Shown here: positions 10,182-19,549 of the stretch, in pieces | How the letters are laid out: each line of letters starts with the position of its first letter | Numbering within the stretch: the first letter of the stretch is position 1 | From: Mycobacterium sp. | GTDB taxonomy: Bacteria; Actinomycetota; Actinomycetes; Mycobacteriales; Mycobacteriaceae | DNA length: 64,000 nt | Reading direction: 5' to 3' | Assembly (NCBI GenBank): GCA_025963385.1 | Contig: JAOPUT010000283.1 | Span: forward strand, 5,865-69,864 | Made by a program: the position numbers and the translations under genes | The notes under the pieces: generated by a model | Databases searched by the model: none | Seen by the model: only the letters and a program-made list of their open reading frames with translations | What the model was told of the DNA's origin: nothing

Positions 10182-10361
10182 GTGAGCGCCTACCGATGGG
10201 CCGCAATGAGTTTCGGACTGCTCGCGCTGATCGCAGGAGGGCTGCAGGCGTGGGCCTATGTCGCGAGCGGATCTGGACGGCACCTGATCGCGGGGGTGTT
10301 CGCGGTGGCCGTCGGCGTGTGCGTCATCGGGGCGGTGTTGATTCGTAGGGGGAATCCCTAG
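10182..10361 (+). CDS. Small membrane protein with two hydrophobic segments
   Basis: 59 aa; hydrophobic stretches FGLLALIAGGLQAWAYV and LIAGVFAVAVGVCVIGAVLI. Confidence 0.5.
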   Translation: MSAYRWAAMSFGLLALIAGGLQAWAYVASGSGRHLIAGVFAVAVGVCVIGAVLIRRGNP

Positions 10362-10477
10362 CGCAGGGGTCTGACACCAAACCCTCTGCGCGCGTGTGTT
10401 GTCCGCAGTCGAAGATTCATCCACAGGTTTCGTATGCGGTCTTTCGGCGCGGGCTTCACGCTCGGATAATCGAATGT

Positions 10478-11992
10478 ATGTGCGAGACCTTTTCGGATCC
10501 GGCGACGTTGGACGACAACGGCCTGAACCTCGCCATCACCGGTCTCGCTCGCTCCGAGGCAGCCACCGCGGGTCACCGATTGGCCGCGATCGCGGAGTTG
10601 GCGACCCGCCGCCTGGGCAGCGAGCTGGCCCGCACTCGGGAGTACTGGGTCTGCGACGCGTGGGACAGCTGCGCCGCCGAGGTCGCCGCGGACCTGACGA
10701 TCAGCCACCGCAAGGCCTCCGGGCTGATGCACCAGGGGCTCGATCTGCGCGACCGGCTGCCGCGACTGGGGGAACTGCTGCGTCGCGGCGACATCACCCT
10801 CACGGTGGCCACCACCGCGAGCTGGCGCACCCACCTGATCGAGGAACCCGACCTGCTGGCCAAGGTCGACGCGGACATCGCGGCGGTGGCGACGCGGTTC
10901 GGGAACTATTCCGACCGAAAGCTCGCCGATGCGATCGACGCCAAGATCGAGAAGCACGACCCTGACGCCGTGCGCCGATTCATGGCCGCGGAGAAGAGTC
11001 TGGACGTGCGGTTCGGGAAGCCCGACGATGAAACCGGCACCCGGTCGGTGTTCGGACGGCTGAAGATCTCCGATGCCGAATTGATGGAGCGCCGCGCCGA
11101 AGCGTTGGCGAAGTCCGTGTGCAAGGACGATCCGCGGACCCACGGGGAGCGGCGCACCGAGGCCTGGGGTGTCATCGCCGCCCAAGGGGACGTCCTGCCG
11201 TGCCTGTGCGGGAGCCCTGACTGCCCGGCGCCCACCGGCCCGGATGCCCGCGGCAGGCACTTCGAGATCCTCGTACTCACCAACGACCCTGACGCAGGTG
11301 GCGGCGACAATGACGGGTCCGCACCGGAACCCGGACCCGACGACACCGGAACGGGCGACGCACCCGAACCGCGTGAGCCCGCATCCTGCTCGTACACCTC
11401 GATCATCACTGGCGGCGGCGTCATCCCGACACCGCTGCTGGCGCAAGTGCGTCGCATGGGCGCCACCGTCCGACCGGTGGTCCATCCCGAGGATCTGATC
11501 GCCGAACCGGGCTACCGACCCTCGGTCGCACAGCAGCGGCTCGTCCGGGCTCGCGACATGACGTGCACCTTCGTCGGGTGCGATCAACCCGCCGAGTACT
11601 GCGACCTCGACCATACGGTTCCGCATGGGCGGGATGGTGCGACGCATCCGGGTAACACCAAGGCGCTGTGCCGCAAACACCACTTGCTGAAGACTTTCTG
11701 GGTCGGCCGCGGAGGGTGGACCGACGAACAGTCCGCCGACGGCACCATCGTCTGGACCAGTCCGTCCGGGTCAAGGCACCGCGCTCCGCCGGGCAGCCGG
11801 ATCTACTTCCCGAACTGGGACACCACCACACCGGTACCGGCCGAGCCTGCGTCAGGCGCCGAGCCGAGTCGCGATCGTGAACTGCGCATGCCGCTGCGCA
11901 AACGCACCAGGGCCCAGCAACGACGCGACCGCGTCAGAGCCGAACGCGAACGCAACCGCAGATTCGACGCCGAGAACCCGGCACCCTTCTGA
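10478..11992 (+). CDS. DUF222 / HNH endonuclease-signature protein (REP13E12-like repeat family)
   Basis: DUF222-type N-terminus (AAEVAADLTIS...LRDRLPR); C-terminal RDMTCTFVGC...CDLDHTVPH..THPGNTKALCRKHHLLKT. Confidence 0.88.
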   Translation: MCETFSDPATLDDNGLNLAITGLARSEAATAGHRLAAIAELATRRLGSELARTREYWVCDAWDSCAAEVAADLTISHRKASGLMHQGLDLRDRLPRLGELLRRGDITLTVATTASWRTHLIEEPDLLAKVDADIAAVATRFGNYSDRKLADAIDAKIEKHDPDAVRRFMAAEKSLDVRFGKPDDETGTRSVFGRLKISDAELMERRAEALAKSVCKDDPRTHGERRTEAWGVIAAQGDVLPCLCGSPDCPAPTGPDARGRHFEILVLTNDPDAGGGDNDGSAPEPGPDDTGTGDAPEPREPASCSYTSIITGGGVIPTPLLAQVRRMGATVRPVVHPEDLIAEPGYRPSVAQQRLVRARDMTCTFVGCDQPAEYCDLDHTVPHGRDGATHPGNTKALCRKHHLLKTFWVGRGGWTDEQSADGTIVWTSPSGSRHRAPPGSRIYFPNWDTTTPVPAEPASGAEPSRDRELRMPLRKRTRAQQRRDRVRAERERNRRFDAENPAPF

Positions 11993-11993
11993 A

Positions 11994-13172
11994 TCAGACG
12001 AAGGTGGGCATGGCGGCCCACCCCCGCACGGCGGCGGTCTCCGACGGTTTGGCGCTGGGCCAGTCGACCTCCCACTCGGGGAAGCGCTTGAGGATCTCCT
12101 CCAGCGCGATGCGACCCTCGAGCCGGGCCAGGGCGTTGCCCATGCAGAAGTGCGTGCCTGCGCCGAAGCTCATGTGCGAGTGCGGTTCCCGGTGGATGTC
12201 GAAGACATCGCCGTCGGGCGGAAAGCGGCGGTGGTCGCGGTTGGCTGCGCCGACGAGCATCAGCATCGCCGAGCCCTCGGGCACGGTCTGGCCGTAGTAC
12301 TCCACGTCGCGCGTGACGTAGCGGGCGATCTGCAGCGCAGGCGGCTCCCAGCGCAGGATCTCCTCGATCGCCTGGGGTATCAGCGCTGCGTTCTCCGCCA
12401 GATCGCGACGCTGATCCGGGTAGTCGGCCAGCGTCTTGCCCGCCCATCCGATCAGCCGGGTGGTCGTCTCGGAACCGGCCGTGGCGATGACGATCAGGTA
12501 CAGCAGCAGTTCTTCCCGGCCCAGCTTGCGCACCGTTCCTGTCTGGTCCTCGAACTCCGCGTTGAGGAGTTCGGTCATGATGTCGTCGGACGGGTGTGTG
12601 ATGCGCCAGTCGATGAACTCCGAGAACACCTCACCGGTCGCCAGTGCGTCGACGGTCTGCCCCTGCAGGGCTTCCTCGCCGTGGGCGGTGATGTGCTGCT
12701 GCTGATCCTCTGGGATGCCGAGCAGCATCCCGATGACGCGCATCGGCATCTGCTCGCCGAGGTCGTTGACGAAGTCGAATCGGCCCGATCCGACCACCGG
12801 GTCAAGGCATCTGGCGGTGAACTCGCGAATCTGCGGCTCGAGTGCGAGCACCTTGCGCGGGGTGAACATCCGGGACAGCAGATTGCGATGGATGTTGTGG
12901 ATCGGCGGGTCCTCGAAGATCAGTGTGCCCGGCGGGATCTCCATCCCCGACTTGATGATCTCGAGGACGGCTCCGCGCCCGGAGATGAACGTCTCGTGGT
13001 CGATCACGGCCTTGTTGACGTCGTCGTAGCGGCTCAGCGCGTAGAAATCGTGCTGCTCGTTGTAATAGAGGGGCGCCTCCTCCCTGATCCGGGCGAAGAC
13101 CCGGTGGGGATTCATGTTCAACTCGATGCCGTACGGGTCGTAGTAGAGCTCGGAATCCGTGGGCGCGGTCAT
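11994..13172 (-). CDS. Cytochrome P450 (tentatively CYP189-like)
   Basis: AGSETT, EEILR and FGAGTHFCMG heme motif. Confidence 0.93.
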   Translation of the reverse strand: MTAPTDSELYYDPYGIELNMNPHRVFARIREEAPLYYNEQHDFYALSRYDDVNKAVIDHETFISGRGAVLEIIKSGMEIPPGTLIFEDPPIHNIHRNLLSRMFTPRKVLALEPQIREFTARCLDPVVGSGRFDFVNDLGEQMPMRVIGMLLGIPEDQQQHITAHGEEALQGQTVDALATGEVFSEFIDWRITHPSDDIMTELLNAEFEDQTGTVRKLGREELLLYLIVIATAGSETTTRLIGWAGKTLADYPDQRRDLAENAALIPQAIEEILRWEPPALQIARYVTRDVEYYGQTVPEGSAMLMLVGAANRDHRRFPPDGDVFDIHREPHSHMSFGAGTHFCMGNALARLEGRIALEEILKRFPEWEVDWPSAKPSETAAVRGWAAMPTFV

Positions 13173-13198
13173 CGGCGATCTCCTCGGGGGATGAGTAA

Positions 13199-13218
13199 AA
13201 CTGAGCACTTGCTTAGCA
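13199..13218. promoter_or_regulatory. Operator-like palindrome CTGAGCA-N2-TGCTTAG (second copy at 51338)
   Basis: AACTGAGCACTTGCTTAGCA, about 26 bp upstream of the P450 start. Confidence 0.6.
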
Positions 13219-13267
13219 GGTTAGCCGACTCAGGCCCACCCTCTCGTTGACGGCGCATCGTCGGTAT

Positions 13268-13303
13268 GGAAATCTAATACGCAAAGATGAGAATCACGTT
13301 CTC
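13268..13303. promoter_or_regulatory. Tandem GAGAAT-N3-ATTCTC-type operator
   Basis: GGAAAT-CTA-ATACGC (13268) and GAGAAT-CAC-GTTCTC (13289), 21 bp apart. Confidence 0.6.
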
Positions 13304-13333
13304 GCCTCATGAGATCGTTGAATGGAGTGGCGC

Positions 13334-14608
13334 ATGACGATCGACCCCGCCGGCATCGACTGGTTCAGGGACCCGCGGCTGGTGGACGACCCGTATCCGT
13401 ACTTCAACGCGCTACGCGACAAGTGCCCCGTCCAACCCGAGGATCACTACGGCGTCACCATGATCACCGGCTGGGAGGAGGCGGTCGCCGTCTACAACGA
13501 CGAGAAGACCTTCTCGTCATGCCTCTCGGTGACCGGGCCGTTCCCCGGCTTCCCCGTCCCGCTCGAGGGGGACGACGTCACCGAGCTGATCGAAGAGCAT
13601 CGCGACGAGCTGCCGTTCAGTGACCAGCTGCCGACGCTCGACCCGCCGGTACACACCAACCATCGGTCGCTGATGATGCGGCTGATCACGCCCAAGCGCC
13701 TCAAGGAGAACGAGGACGCGATGTGGGCGCTGGCCGATGAGGTGCTCGACGACTTCCTGGCGCCCGGCAAGGGTGAGTTCATCAAGGGCTTCGCCAGCCC
13801 CTTCACCCTGCTGGTCATCGCCGACCTGCTGGGCATCCCGCCGGAGGACCGCAACGCCTTCGTCGACGGCATCTCGCACAACTCCGGCGGCGGCGTCGGC
13901 AGCACCAGCAGTGAATCGTTGTCGCATTCTCCGCTGGAGTTCCTCTACGGCCAGTTCGAGGAGTACGTCGAGGACCGCAGGCGTAACCCGCGGGAGGACG
14001 TGCTCACCGGTCTGGCCACCGCACTGTTCCCCGACGGCTCCACCCCCGAACCGGGCGACGTCGCACGCGTGGCGACGAACGTCTTCTCGGCGGGCCAGGA
14101 GACCACCGTCCGACTGCTGGGCACGGCGCTGAAGGTGCTCGGCGATCGGCCGGACATCCAGAAGCGCGTGCGCGAAGACCGCAGCCTGCTCCCGAACTTC
14201 ATCGAGGAAGCGCTGCGCCACGAGAGTCCCGTCAAGGGTGACTTCCGGCTGTCGCGCACGCCGGTCACCGTCGGCGACCACGATCTGAGTGCGGGCACCA
14301 CGGTGATGGTGGTCAACGGCGCAGCCAACCGCGACCCGCGACGGTTCACCGAACCCAACGAGTTCGACCCCGCCCGCAAGAACGCCCGTCAGCACCTCGC
14401 GTTCGGCCGGGGCATCCACAGCTGCCCGGGGGCTCCGCTGGCGCGCGCCGAGACCCGGGTCGGGCTGGAACGCCTCCTCGACAGGACGACGGACATCCGC
14501 ATCTCCGAGGAGAAGCACGGCCCCGCGGGGCAGCGCGACTACCGCTACATCCCGACGTTCATCCTGCGCGGGATCATCGACCTGCATCTGGAGTTCGACG
14601 TCAAATGA
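13334..14608 (+). CDS. Cytochrome P450 (tentatively CYP150-like)
   Basis: AGQETT, EEALR and FGRGIHSCPG motifs. Confidence 0.93.
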   Translation: MTIDPAGIDWFRDPRLVDDPYPYFNALRDKCPVQPEDHYGVTMITGWEEAVAVYNDEKTFSSCLSVTGPFPGFPVPLEGDDVTELIEEHRDELPFSDQLPTLDPPVHTNHRSLMMRLITPKRLKENEDAMWALADEVLDDFLAPGKGEFIKGFASPFTLLVIADLLGIPPEDRNAFVDGISHNSGGGVGSTSSESLSHSPLEFLYGQFEEYVEDRRRNPREDVLTGLATALFPDGSTPEPGDVARVATNVFSAGQETTVRLLGTALKVLGDRPDIQKRVREDRSLLPNFIEEALRHESPVKGDFRLSRTPVTVGDHDLSAGTTVMVVNGAANRDPRRFTEPNEFDPARKNARQHLAFGRGIHSCPGAPLARAETRVGLERLLDRTTDIRISEEKHGPAGQRDYRYIPTFILRGIIDLHLEFDVK

Positions 14609-14793
14609 GGGTCGCGGTCGACGAGGATCGGTGCGCCGGCCACGGGATGTGCCTGACGCTGTGCCCCGAGGTCTTCGAGATGTCCGACGACGGCTGGGCC
14701 GTCGCCGATCCCGGTGACGTGCCCACCGAGCTCGAGGTTGCCGCTCGCGAGGCCATCGAGAACTGCCCCGAGCACGCCATCTCCGAGCTTTAA
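14605..14793 (+). CDS. Ferredoxin, [3Fe-4S] type (CxxHxxC...CP)
   Basis: CAGHGMC...NCP; ATGA coupling to the P450. Confidence 0.9.
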   Translation: MRVAVDEDRCAGHGMCLTLCPEVFEMSDDGWAVADPGDVPTELEVAAREAIENCPEHAISEL

Positions 14794-14826
14794 ACCGAAA
14801 CCGAACGCCGACAGAGGGATTCAACA

Positions 14827-15111
14827 ATGCCCAAGGGTTACGTGATCATCACCGAGGACGTCAAGGACCCAGCTGCCATGGCCGAGTACGGCAAGCTGGC
14901 GAGCACGGCCATGGGCGGTGCCAACCTGTTGTCCTTCGAGACGAAGCCGACGGTGATCGAAGGGGAGTGGCACGGCACCCAGACCGTCGTCCTCGAATTC
15001 GAATCCGTAGCCGCGGCGAGTGAGTGGTATTACTCCGACGCCTACCAGCAGGCCGCGAAGATCCGACAGGGTGCCGCGGAGTGCAACGGGGTCATCGTCT
15101 CCGGTCTGTAG
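14827..15111 (+). CDS. DUF1330 family protein
   Basis: MPKGYVII...EGEWHGTQTVVLEFES...WYYSDAYQ pattern. Confidence 0.8.
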   Translation: MPKGYVIITEDVKDPAAMAEYGKLASTAMGGANLLSFETKPTVIEGEWHGTQTVVLEFESVAAASEWYYSDAYQQAAKIRQGAAECNGVIVSGL

Positions 15112-15135
15112 AACCGACGCAGAGTCGGGGTGCGG

Positions 15136-15756
15136 TCAGCCGGAGAGGTAGGCGACGAGCGCCGCGGTCAACGTTTCCCTGGCCACGTCGAGATCGGCGA
15201 AGGAACCCAGCTGGCGCTCCGAGACGAGCCCTCGCATCGCGCCGGGAATCAGGGTGGCCACGCCGCGTACGCGTTCGGGTTCGACGTCCAAGCCGGCGAA
15301 GGCATTCTGGCAGGTCTCGAGCCAGCTCTTGCTCCACGACGAGAGTTCGGCGGCGGTGCGGGGATAGAGCCGCTCGAGTTCTGCGGGATCACGCGGCAGC
15401 GCGGCGCGAAGGTTCTCGATGGCGCGCGAATCCCCGGACGACAGACCGTGATACAGCGTGTCGATGATGCGCGCGACCCGCCGGTGCAGCGACGTCTCCG
15501 GTTCGACGGGCGTCGACAGCACGCCGGCCCGGCGTTCGGCGGTGAGGTGCAGGACGGCCGCCCAGAAGCCGTCGATGTCGCCGAACTGATACTTCACCGC
15601 GCCCCACGTGGCGCCGATGTCCTTGGCGATGCGGTTGGCCGACACCGAGCCCGGCTCACCCGAGGCGAGCGACTTCAACGCGGCTTCGAGGATGTTCTGC
15701 CGGGTCGCCAGACCGCGGCGATTGGTGCGCCGCCCGACGATCCCCGCCTCGGTCAT
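15136..15756 (-). CDS. TetR/AcrR family transcriptional regulator
   Basis: HTH VSANRIAKDIGATWGAVKYQFG; divergent from the Rieske gene. Confidence 0.85.
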   Translation of the reverse strand: MTEAGIVGRRTNRRGLATRQNILEAALKSLASGEPGSVSANRIAKDIGATWGAVKYQFGDIDGFWAAVLHLTAERRAGVLSTPVEPETSLHRRVARIIDTLYHGLSSGDSRAIENLRAALPRDPAELERLYPRTAAELSSWSKSWLETCQNAFAGLDVEPERVRGVATLIPGAMRGLVSERQLGSFADLDVARETLTAALVAYLSG

Positions 15757-15762
15757 CGACTG

Positions 15763-15805
15763 ATGATAGAACCCTCTGTTATTTTTTGATAGAGCCATCT
15801 ACCAT
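15763..15805. promoter_or_regulatory. Two tandem imperfect palindromes, probable TetR operators
   Basis: ATGATAGA-ACCC-TCTGTTAT and TTGATAGA-GCCA-TCTACCAT in the divergent gap. Confidence 0.55.
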
Positions 15806-15836
15806 TCCGGGAGAGAGCCAGGGAAGGACCGTGTGC

Positions 15837-16874
15837 ATGGCCAAGCCGCCGTTGTCGATGAAGCCGACCGGATGGTTCCAGGTGGCCTGGTCCGACGAGA
15901 TCGGTGTCGGTGACGTCCACACCATGAAGTACTTCGGCCAGGAACTGGTCGCCTGGCGCGCGGAGTCGGGTCAGGTGACGGTGATGAACGCCTACTGCGA
16001 GCATCTCGGCGCACATCTCGGGTTCGGTGGCACCGTCGTCGGCGAGGTGCTGCAGTGCCCGTTCCACGGGTGGCAGTGGAGCCAGGAGGGCCGCAACGTC
16101 TGCATCCCCTACGAGGATCGCCCCAACCGCGGCAGGCGGATCAAGACGTACCCGGTCACCGAGTGCAACCAGTCCATCTACGTCTGGCACGACATCGAGG
16201 GCCGCGCACCGTTCTTCGACGCACCCGACGTCTTCGCGAGCTTCGGCGACGGCAGCAGTCTCGACGCCTACTACCCGCAGCAGCGCCTGTTCCGGCAGGG
16301 TCTGGAACTCCATCCGCAGTACGTGCTCGAGAACGGGGTGGACTTCGCGCACTTCAAGTACGTCCACCAGACGCCGATCGTCCCGGTGTTCACGCGGCAC
16401 GATTTCGCCGAGCCGGTGTCCTACGTCGACTTCACCATCACGTTCGAGGGTGACGACGGCCAGAAGATCGAGGACGTCAACAGCGGGGTGGAGGCCATCA
16501 ACGGCGGGCTCGGCATCGCGGTCACCAAGAGCTGGGGCATGGTCGACAATCGCACCATCTCGGCGATCACGCCGGTCGACGAGTCCACCTCCGACGTCCG
16601 GTTCATGGTCTACATCGGACGCGATTCCGCCCGTGCTGCAAGGGATCCCGAGCGCGCCGAGCGCAAGGCCCGAGAATTCGGCGACGAGGTGATCAGGCAG
16701 TTCACCCAGGACGTCCACATCTGGGCCCACCAGCGGTACTCGGATCCACCTGCGCTGTCCAACTCGGAACAGGAGGGATTCACGGCCATTCGCGCGTGGG
16801 CCGCCACCAATTTCTACCCCGACGGCCGCGGGGGAAGCGCCGCTGACCTCGCCGTGACGAATGAGAAGGGTTGA
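15837..16874 (+). CDS. Rieske non-heme iron oxygenase (KshA/Neverland-like)
   Basis: CEHLG...CPFH Rieske motif; ENGVDFAHFKYVH and QDVHIWAHQ mononuclear-Fe ligands. Confidence 0.88.
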   Translation: MAKPPLSMKPTGWFQVAWSDEIGVGDVHTMKYFGQELVAWRAESGQVTVMNAYCEHLGAHLGFGGTVVGEVLQCPFHGWQWSQEGRNVCIPYEDRPNRGRRIKTYPVTECNQSIYVWHDIEGRAPFFDAPDVFASFGDGSSLDAYYPQQRLFRQGLELHPQYVLENGVDFAHFKYVHQTPIVPVFTRHDFAEPVSYVDFTITFEGDDGQKIEDVNSGVEAINGGLGIAVTKSWGMVDNRTISAITPVDESTSDVRFMVYIGRDSARAARDPERAERKAREFGDEVIRQFTQDVHIWAHQRYSDPPALSNSEQEGFTAIRAWAATNFYPDGRGGSAADLAVTNEKG

Positions 16875-16880
16875 GCCACA

Positions 16881-17960
16881 ATGACTTCACCGATCCGTGT
16901 GTTCCAGGTCGCCACCGGCAACGTGGGCAGCGAGATGATCAAGCGCATTCAGAGCGAACCCGATCTGACGTTGATCGGGGTGCACTGCTATTCCCCTGAC
17001 AAGGTGGGCCGCGACGTGGGGGAGCTGGTCGGCATCGGGCCCGTCGGTGTCGTCGCGACGGGAAGCGTCGACGAGATCATCGCCGCCAAGCCGGACGTGC
17101 TGACCTTCCACGGGGTGTTCCCCGACGAGGACCTCTACGTGAAGGTCCTCGAGGCGGGGATCGACGTCGTCACGACCGCCGACTGGATCACCGGCTGGCA
17201 CCGCGACACCAATCATCCCCACCCGTCCGGCAAGCCGGTGTCACAGGTGCTTGCCGAGGCGTGTGCGCGGGGCGGCTCGTCCTTTTACGGCACGGGGATG
17301 AACCCCGGTGTGAATCAGATTCTGGGCGTGGTCTGTTCGGCCGACGTGGCGGACATCGAGAACGTCACGACCATCGAATCGGTCGACGTCTCCTGCCACC
17401 ATTCGAAGGACACCTGGATCGAGGTCGGCTACGGGCTGCCCGTCGACGATCCGTCGATCCCGTCGAAATTGGAGAAGTACACCCGGGTCTTCGCCGACAG
17501 CGTGCTGATGATGGCCGACTGCTTCGGCCTCCAACTCGACGAGGTGAAGTTCAGCTACGAATTGGGCGCGTGCACCAAGGACGTCGACCTCGGCTGGTAC
17601 GTACTGCCCAAGGGTTCCCTCGGCGGCAACTACATCAAGTACCAGGGCATGGTCGACGGCGTGCCGCGCGTCGAAACCCACCTGGAGTGGCAGATGACAC
17701 CACACACCGATCCGAGCTGGGACATCAAGGGCTGCTACATCACTCAGATCAAAGGTGATCCCTGCGTCTACAACAAGCACATGATCTTCCCGAAACCCGG
17801 TGTCGATCTGAGCAATCCGGACAACTTCGCCTCGATCGGCATGACCGTCACGGGGATGCCGGCGCTGCACTCGATCAAGTCGGTCGTCGCGGCGCCACCG
17901 GGACTGCTGACCAGTGCCGACCTCCCGCTGCGTGGGTTCGCGGGCAGGTTCAAGCTCTAG
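16881..17960 (+). CDS. Dihydrodipicolinate reductase-like / 2,4-diaminopentanoate dehydrogenase-like NAD(P) oxidoreductase
   Basis: QVATGNVG Rossmann start; GTGMNPG motif; C-terminal AAPPGLLTSADLP. Confidence 0.78.
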   Translation: MTSPIRVFQVATGNVGSEMIKRIQSEPDLTLIGVHCYSPDKVGRDVGELVGIGPVGVVATGSVDEIIAAKPDVLTFHGVFPDEDLYVKVLEAGIDVVTTADWITGWHRDTNHPHPSGKPVSQVLAEACARGGSSFYGTGMNPGVNQILGVVCSADVADIENVTTIESVDVSCHHSKDTWIEVGYGLPVDDPSIPSKLEKYTRVFADSVLMMADCFGLQLDEVKFSYELGACTKDVDLGWYVLPKGSLGGNYIKYQGMVDGVPRVETHLEWQMTPHTDPSWDIKGCYITQIKGDPCVYNKHMIFPKPGVDLSNPDNFASIGMTVTGMPALHSIKSVVAAPPGLLTSADLPLRGFAGRFKL

Positions 17961-18014
17961 TGGCGTCGACCGCCGTGAAAGCCGCCGTGTACGAGGACGA
18001 ATCGCACTAGCGGT

Positions 18015-18215
18015 TCAATCGTCGACGATCGCGATGGCCTGACGCGGGCACTGCCGGACCGACTCCTTGATCTGCTGCTCGTTGTCGGGCGTCACCACGT
18101 CGGACAACACGTGCAGGTAGTCCTCGTCGTCGAGGTCGAACACCTCCGGGATGATGCCCATGCACACCCCGTTGCTCTCACACAGTCCGAAGTCGACTTC
18201 GATCCTTTGGGTCAT
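18015..18215 (-). CDS. Ferredoxin (CxxNxxC...CP)
   Basis: MTQRIEVDFGLCESNGVC...QCPRQAI. Confidence 0.9.
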   Translation of the reverse strand: MTQRIEVDFGLCESNGVCMGIIPEVFDLDDEDYLHVLSDVVTPDNEQQIKESVRQCPRQAIAIVDD

Positions 18216-18217
18216 GC

Positions 18218-19420
18218 TCACCTCAAGACCTTCACCGGGACGTGGTGGTACCCGGCGACGTTCTGCATGTTCACTCGTTCCAGGCGGTCGAAGTCGACCT
18301 CGTACCGCGGCATGAAGTCCAGCAGATGCTCCAGCGCGATGGCCGTCTCCATGCGGGCCAGCGCCGCCCCAAGGCAGCTGTGGATGCCGTAGCCGAGGCC
18401 GAGGTTCTGCGCCTGGGTACGGTCGCGGCCGATGTCGAACGTCTCGCCGTCGGTGAAGGCGCGGGGATCGCGGTTGGCCGAGGCGCCCATCAGGAACACC
18501 GGTTTGCCCGCGGGAATGGTGCCACTCGGCACCTCGACGTCCTTCACGCTGTAGCGGACGTTGTACTGCACAGGACCGACCCACCGGAGCAGTTCCTCCA
18601 CCGCGGCGGGGATCATGCTGCGGTCGTCGAGCAGCATCTGCCACTGGTCGGGGTGGCGGGCGAACTCGACGACTGCGCTGCCGACGAGCTTGGTGACGGT
18701 CTCCGCCCCCGCCCCGCCCAGCAGCGTGGTGAACCCGGTGATCTCGATGTCGTCGAGCTTGCGCATCTCGCCGTTCTCGCCAGGGATCTCGGCGGCGATG
18801 AGGCGGCTGATCATGTCGTCCTGCGGGTTCTGTCTGCGCTCGACGACGAGCCCGTAGTAGTACATCCCCGAGTCGATGTTGGCCTGCATGTTGTCGTCGT
18901 CGAGGTCGATCTGGCCCGGCTTGCGGTGCAGGCTCTTGTCGATCCAGTGCCTGACCTGCTGGCGGAAGTCCTCCGGCACCCCTGCCATCCGGGTGATCAC
19001 CTCGACCGGGAATGGACCCGAGAAGTCCTGCACCACGTCGAAGTCGTCGGGGTTCGCCTTGCCGAGGTAGTGCTCGACGAGCTCGACCACGGTGTCGCGC
19101 TGCGCCTGGATGGCCCTGGGCGTGAACGCCTTGTTCAGCAGGCTGCGCATGTGCCGGTGGTCGGGTGGATCCATGAAGATGATCGACTTCTGCGGCACCT
19201 CACCCGAACGCACCATGCCGAGGTCGCAGCCGCGAGCCGAGGAGAACGACTCATGGTCCTTGAACGCGGCCGCGACGTCTTCGTGCCGGGTCAGGGCGTA
19301 GAAGTCCTCGTCCTCGTCGTAGTACAGCGGCGCCTCGTCGCGCATCCGCTTGTAGACCTCGTAGGGGTTGTCGAAGTACTCCTGCGAACAGGGATGGAAC
19401 ACCAGTTTGGGCTTGGTCAC
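18218..19420 (-). CDS. Cytochrome P450 (tentatively CYP190-like)
   Basis: AGAETV, EELLR and LGYGIHSCLG motifs. Confidence 0.93.
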   Translation of the reverse strand: MTKPKLVFHPCSQEYFDNPYEVYKRMRDEAPLYYDEDEDFYALTRHEDVAAAFKDHESFSSARGCDLGMVRSGEVPQKSIIFMDPPDHRHMRSLLNKAFTPRAIQAQRDTVVELVEHYLGKANPDDFDVVQDFSGPFPVEVITRMAGVPEDFRQQVRHWIDKSLHRKPGQIDLDDDNMQANIDSGMYYYGLVVERRQNPQDDMISRLIAAEIPGENGEMRKLDDIEITGFTTLLGGAGAETVTKLVGSAVVEFARHPDQWQMLLDDRSMIPAAVEELLRWVGPVQYNVRYSVKDVEVPSGTIPAGKPVFLMGASANRDPRAFTDGETFDIGRDRTQAQNLGLGYGIHSCLGAALARMETAIALEHLLDFMPRYEVDFDRLERVNMQNVAGYHHVPVKVLR

Positions 19421-19549
19421 TGCGTCCTCCTCGGCGCCCGATCGACGGGCCCGGCAACGTTACGGAAGGCTATCAATATGTAACGTCAACATTATGCGTC
19501 ATTTGTGACGTGGACAACAGCGAAACGCTGGTTCTGCATCATCGGATCG

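Noticed and set aside
15837-16874. Assigning the symbol kshA
   Set aside because: Same family, but there is no kshB or cholesterol-cluster context, and orthology cannot be shown without a search.
19457-19486. ACGTTAC...GTAACGT inverted repeat upstream of P450 18218..19420
   Set aside because: Short arms, single occurrence and no adjacent regulator; too weak to call.
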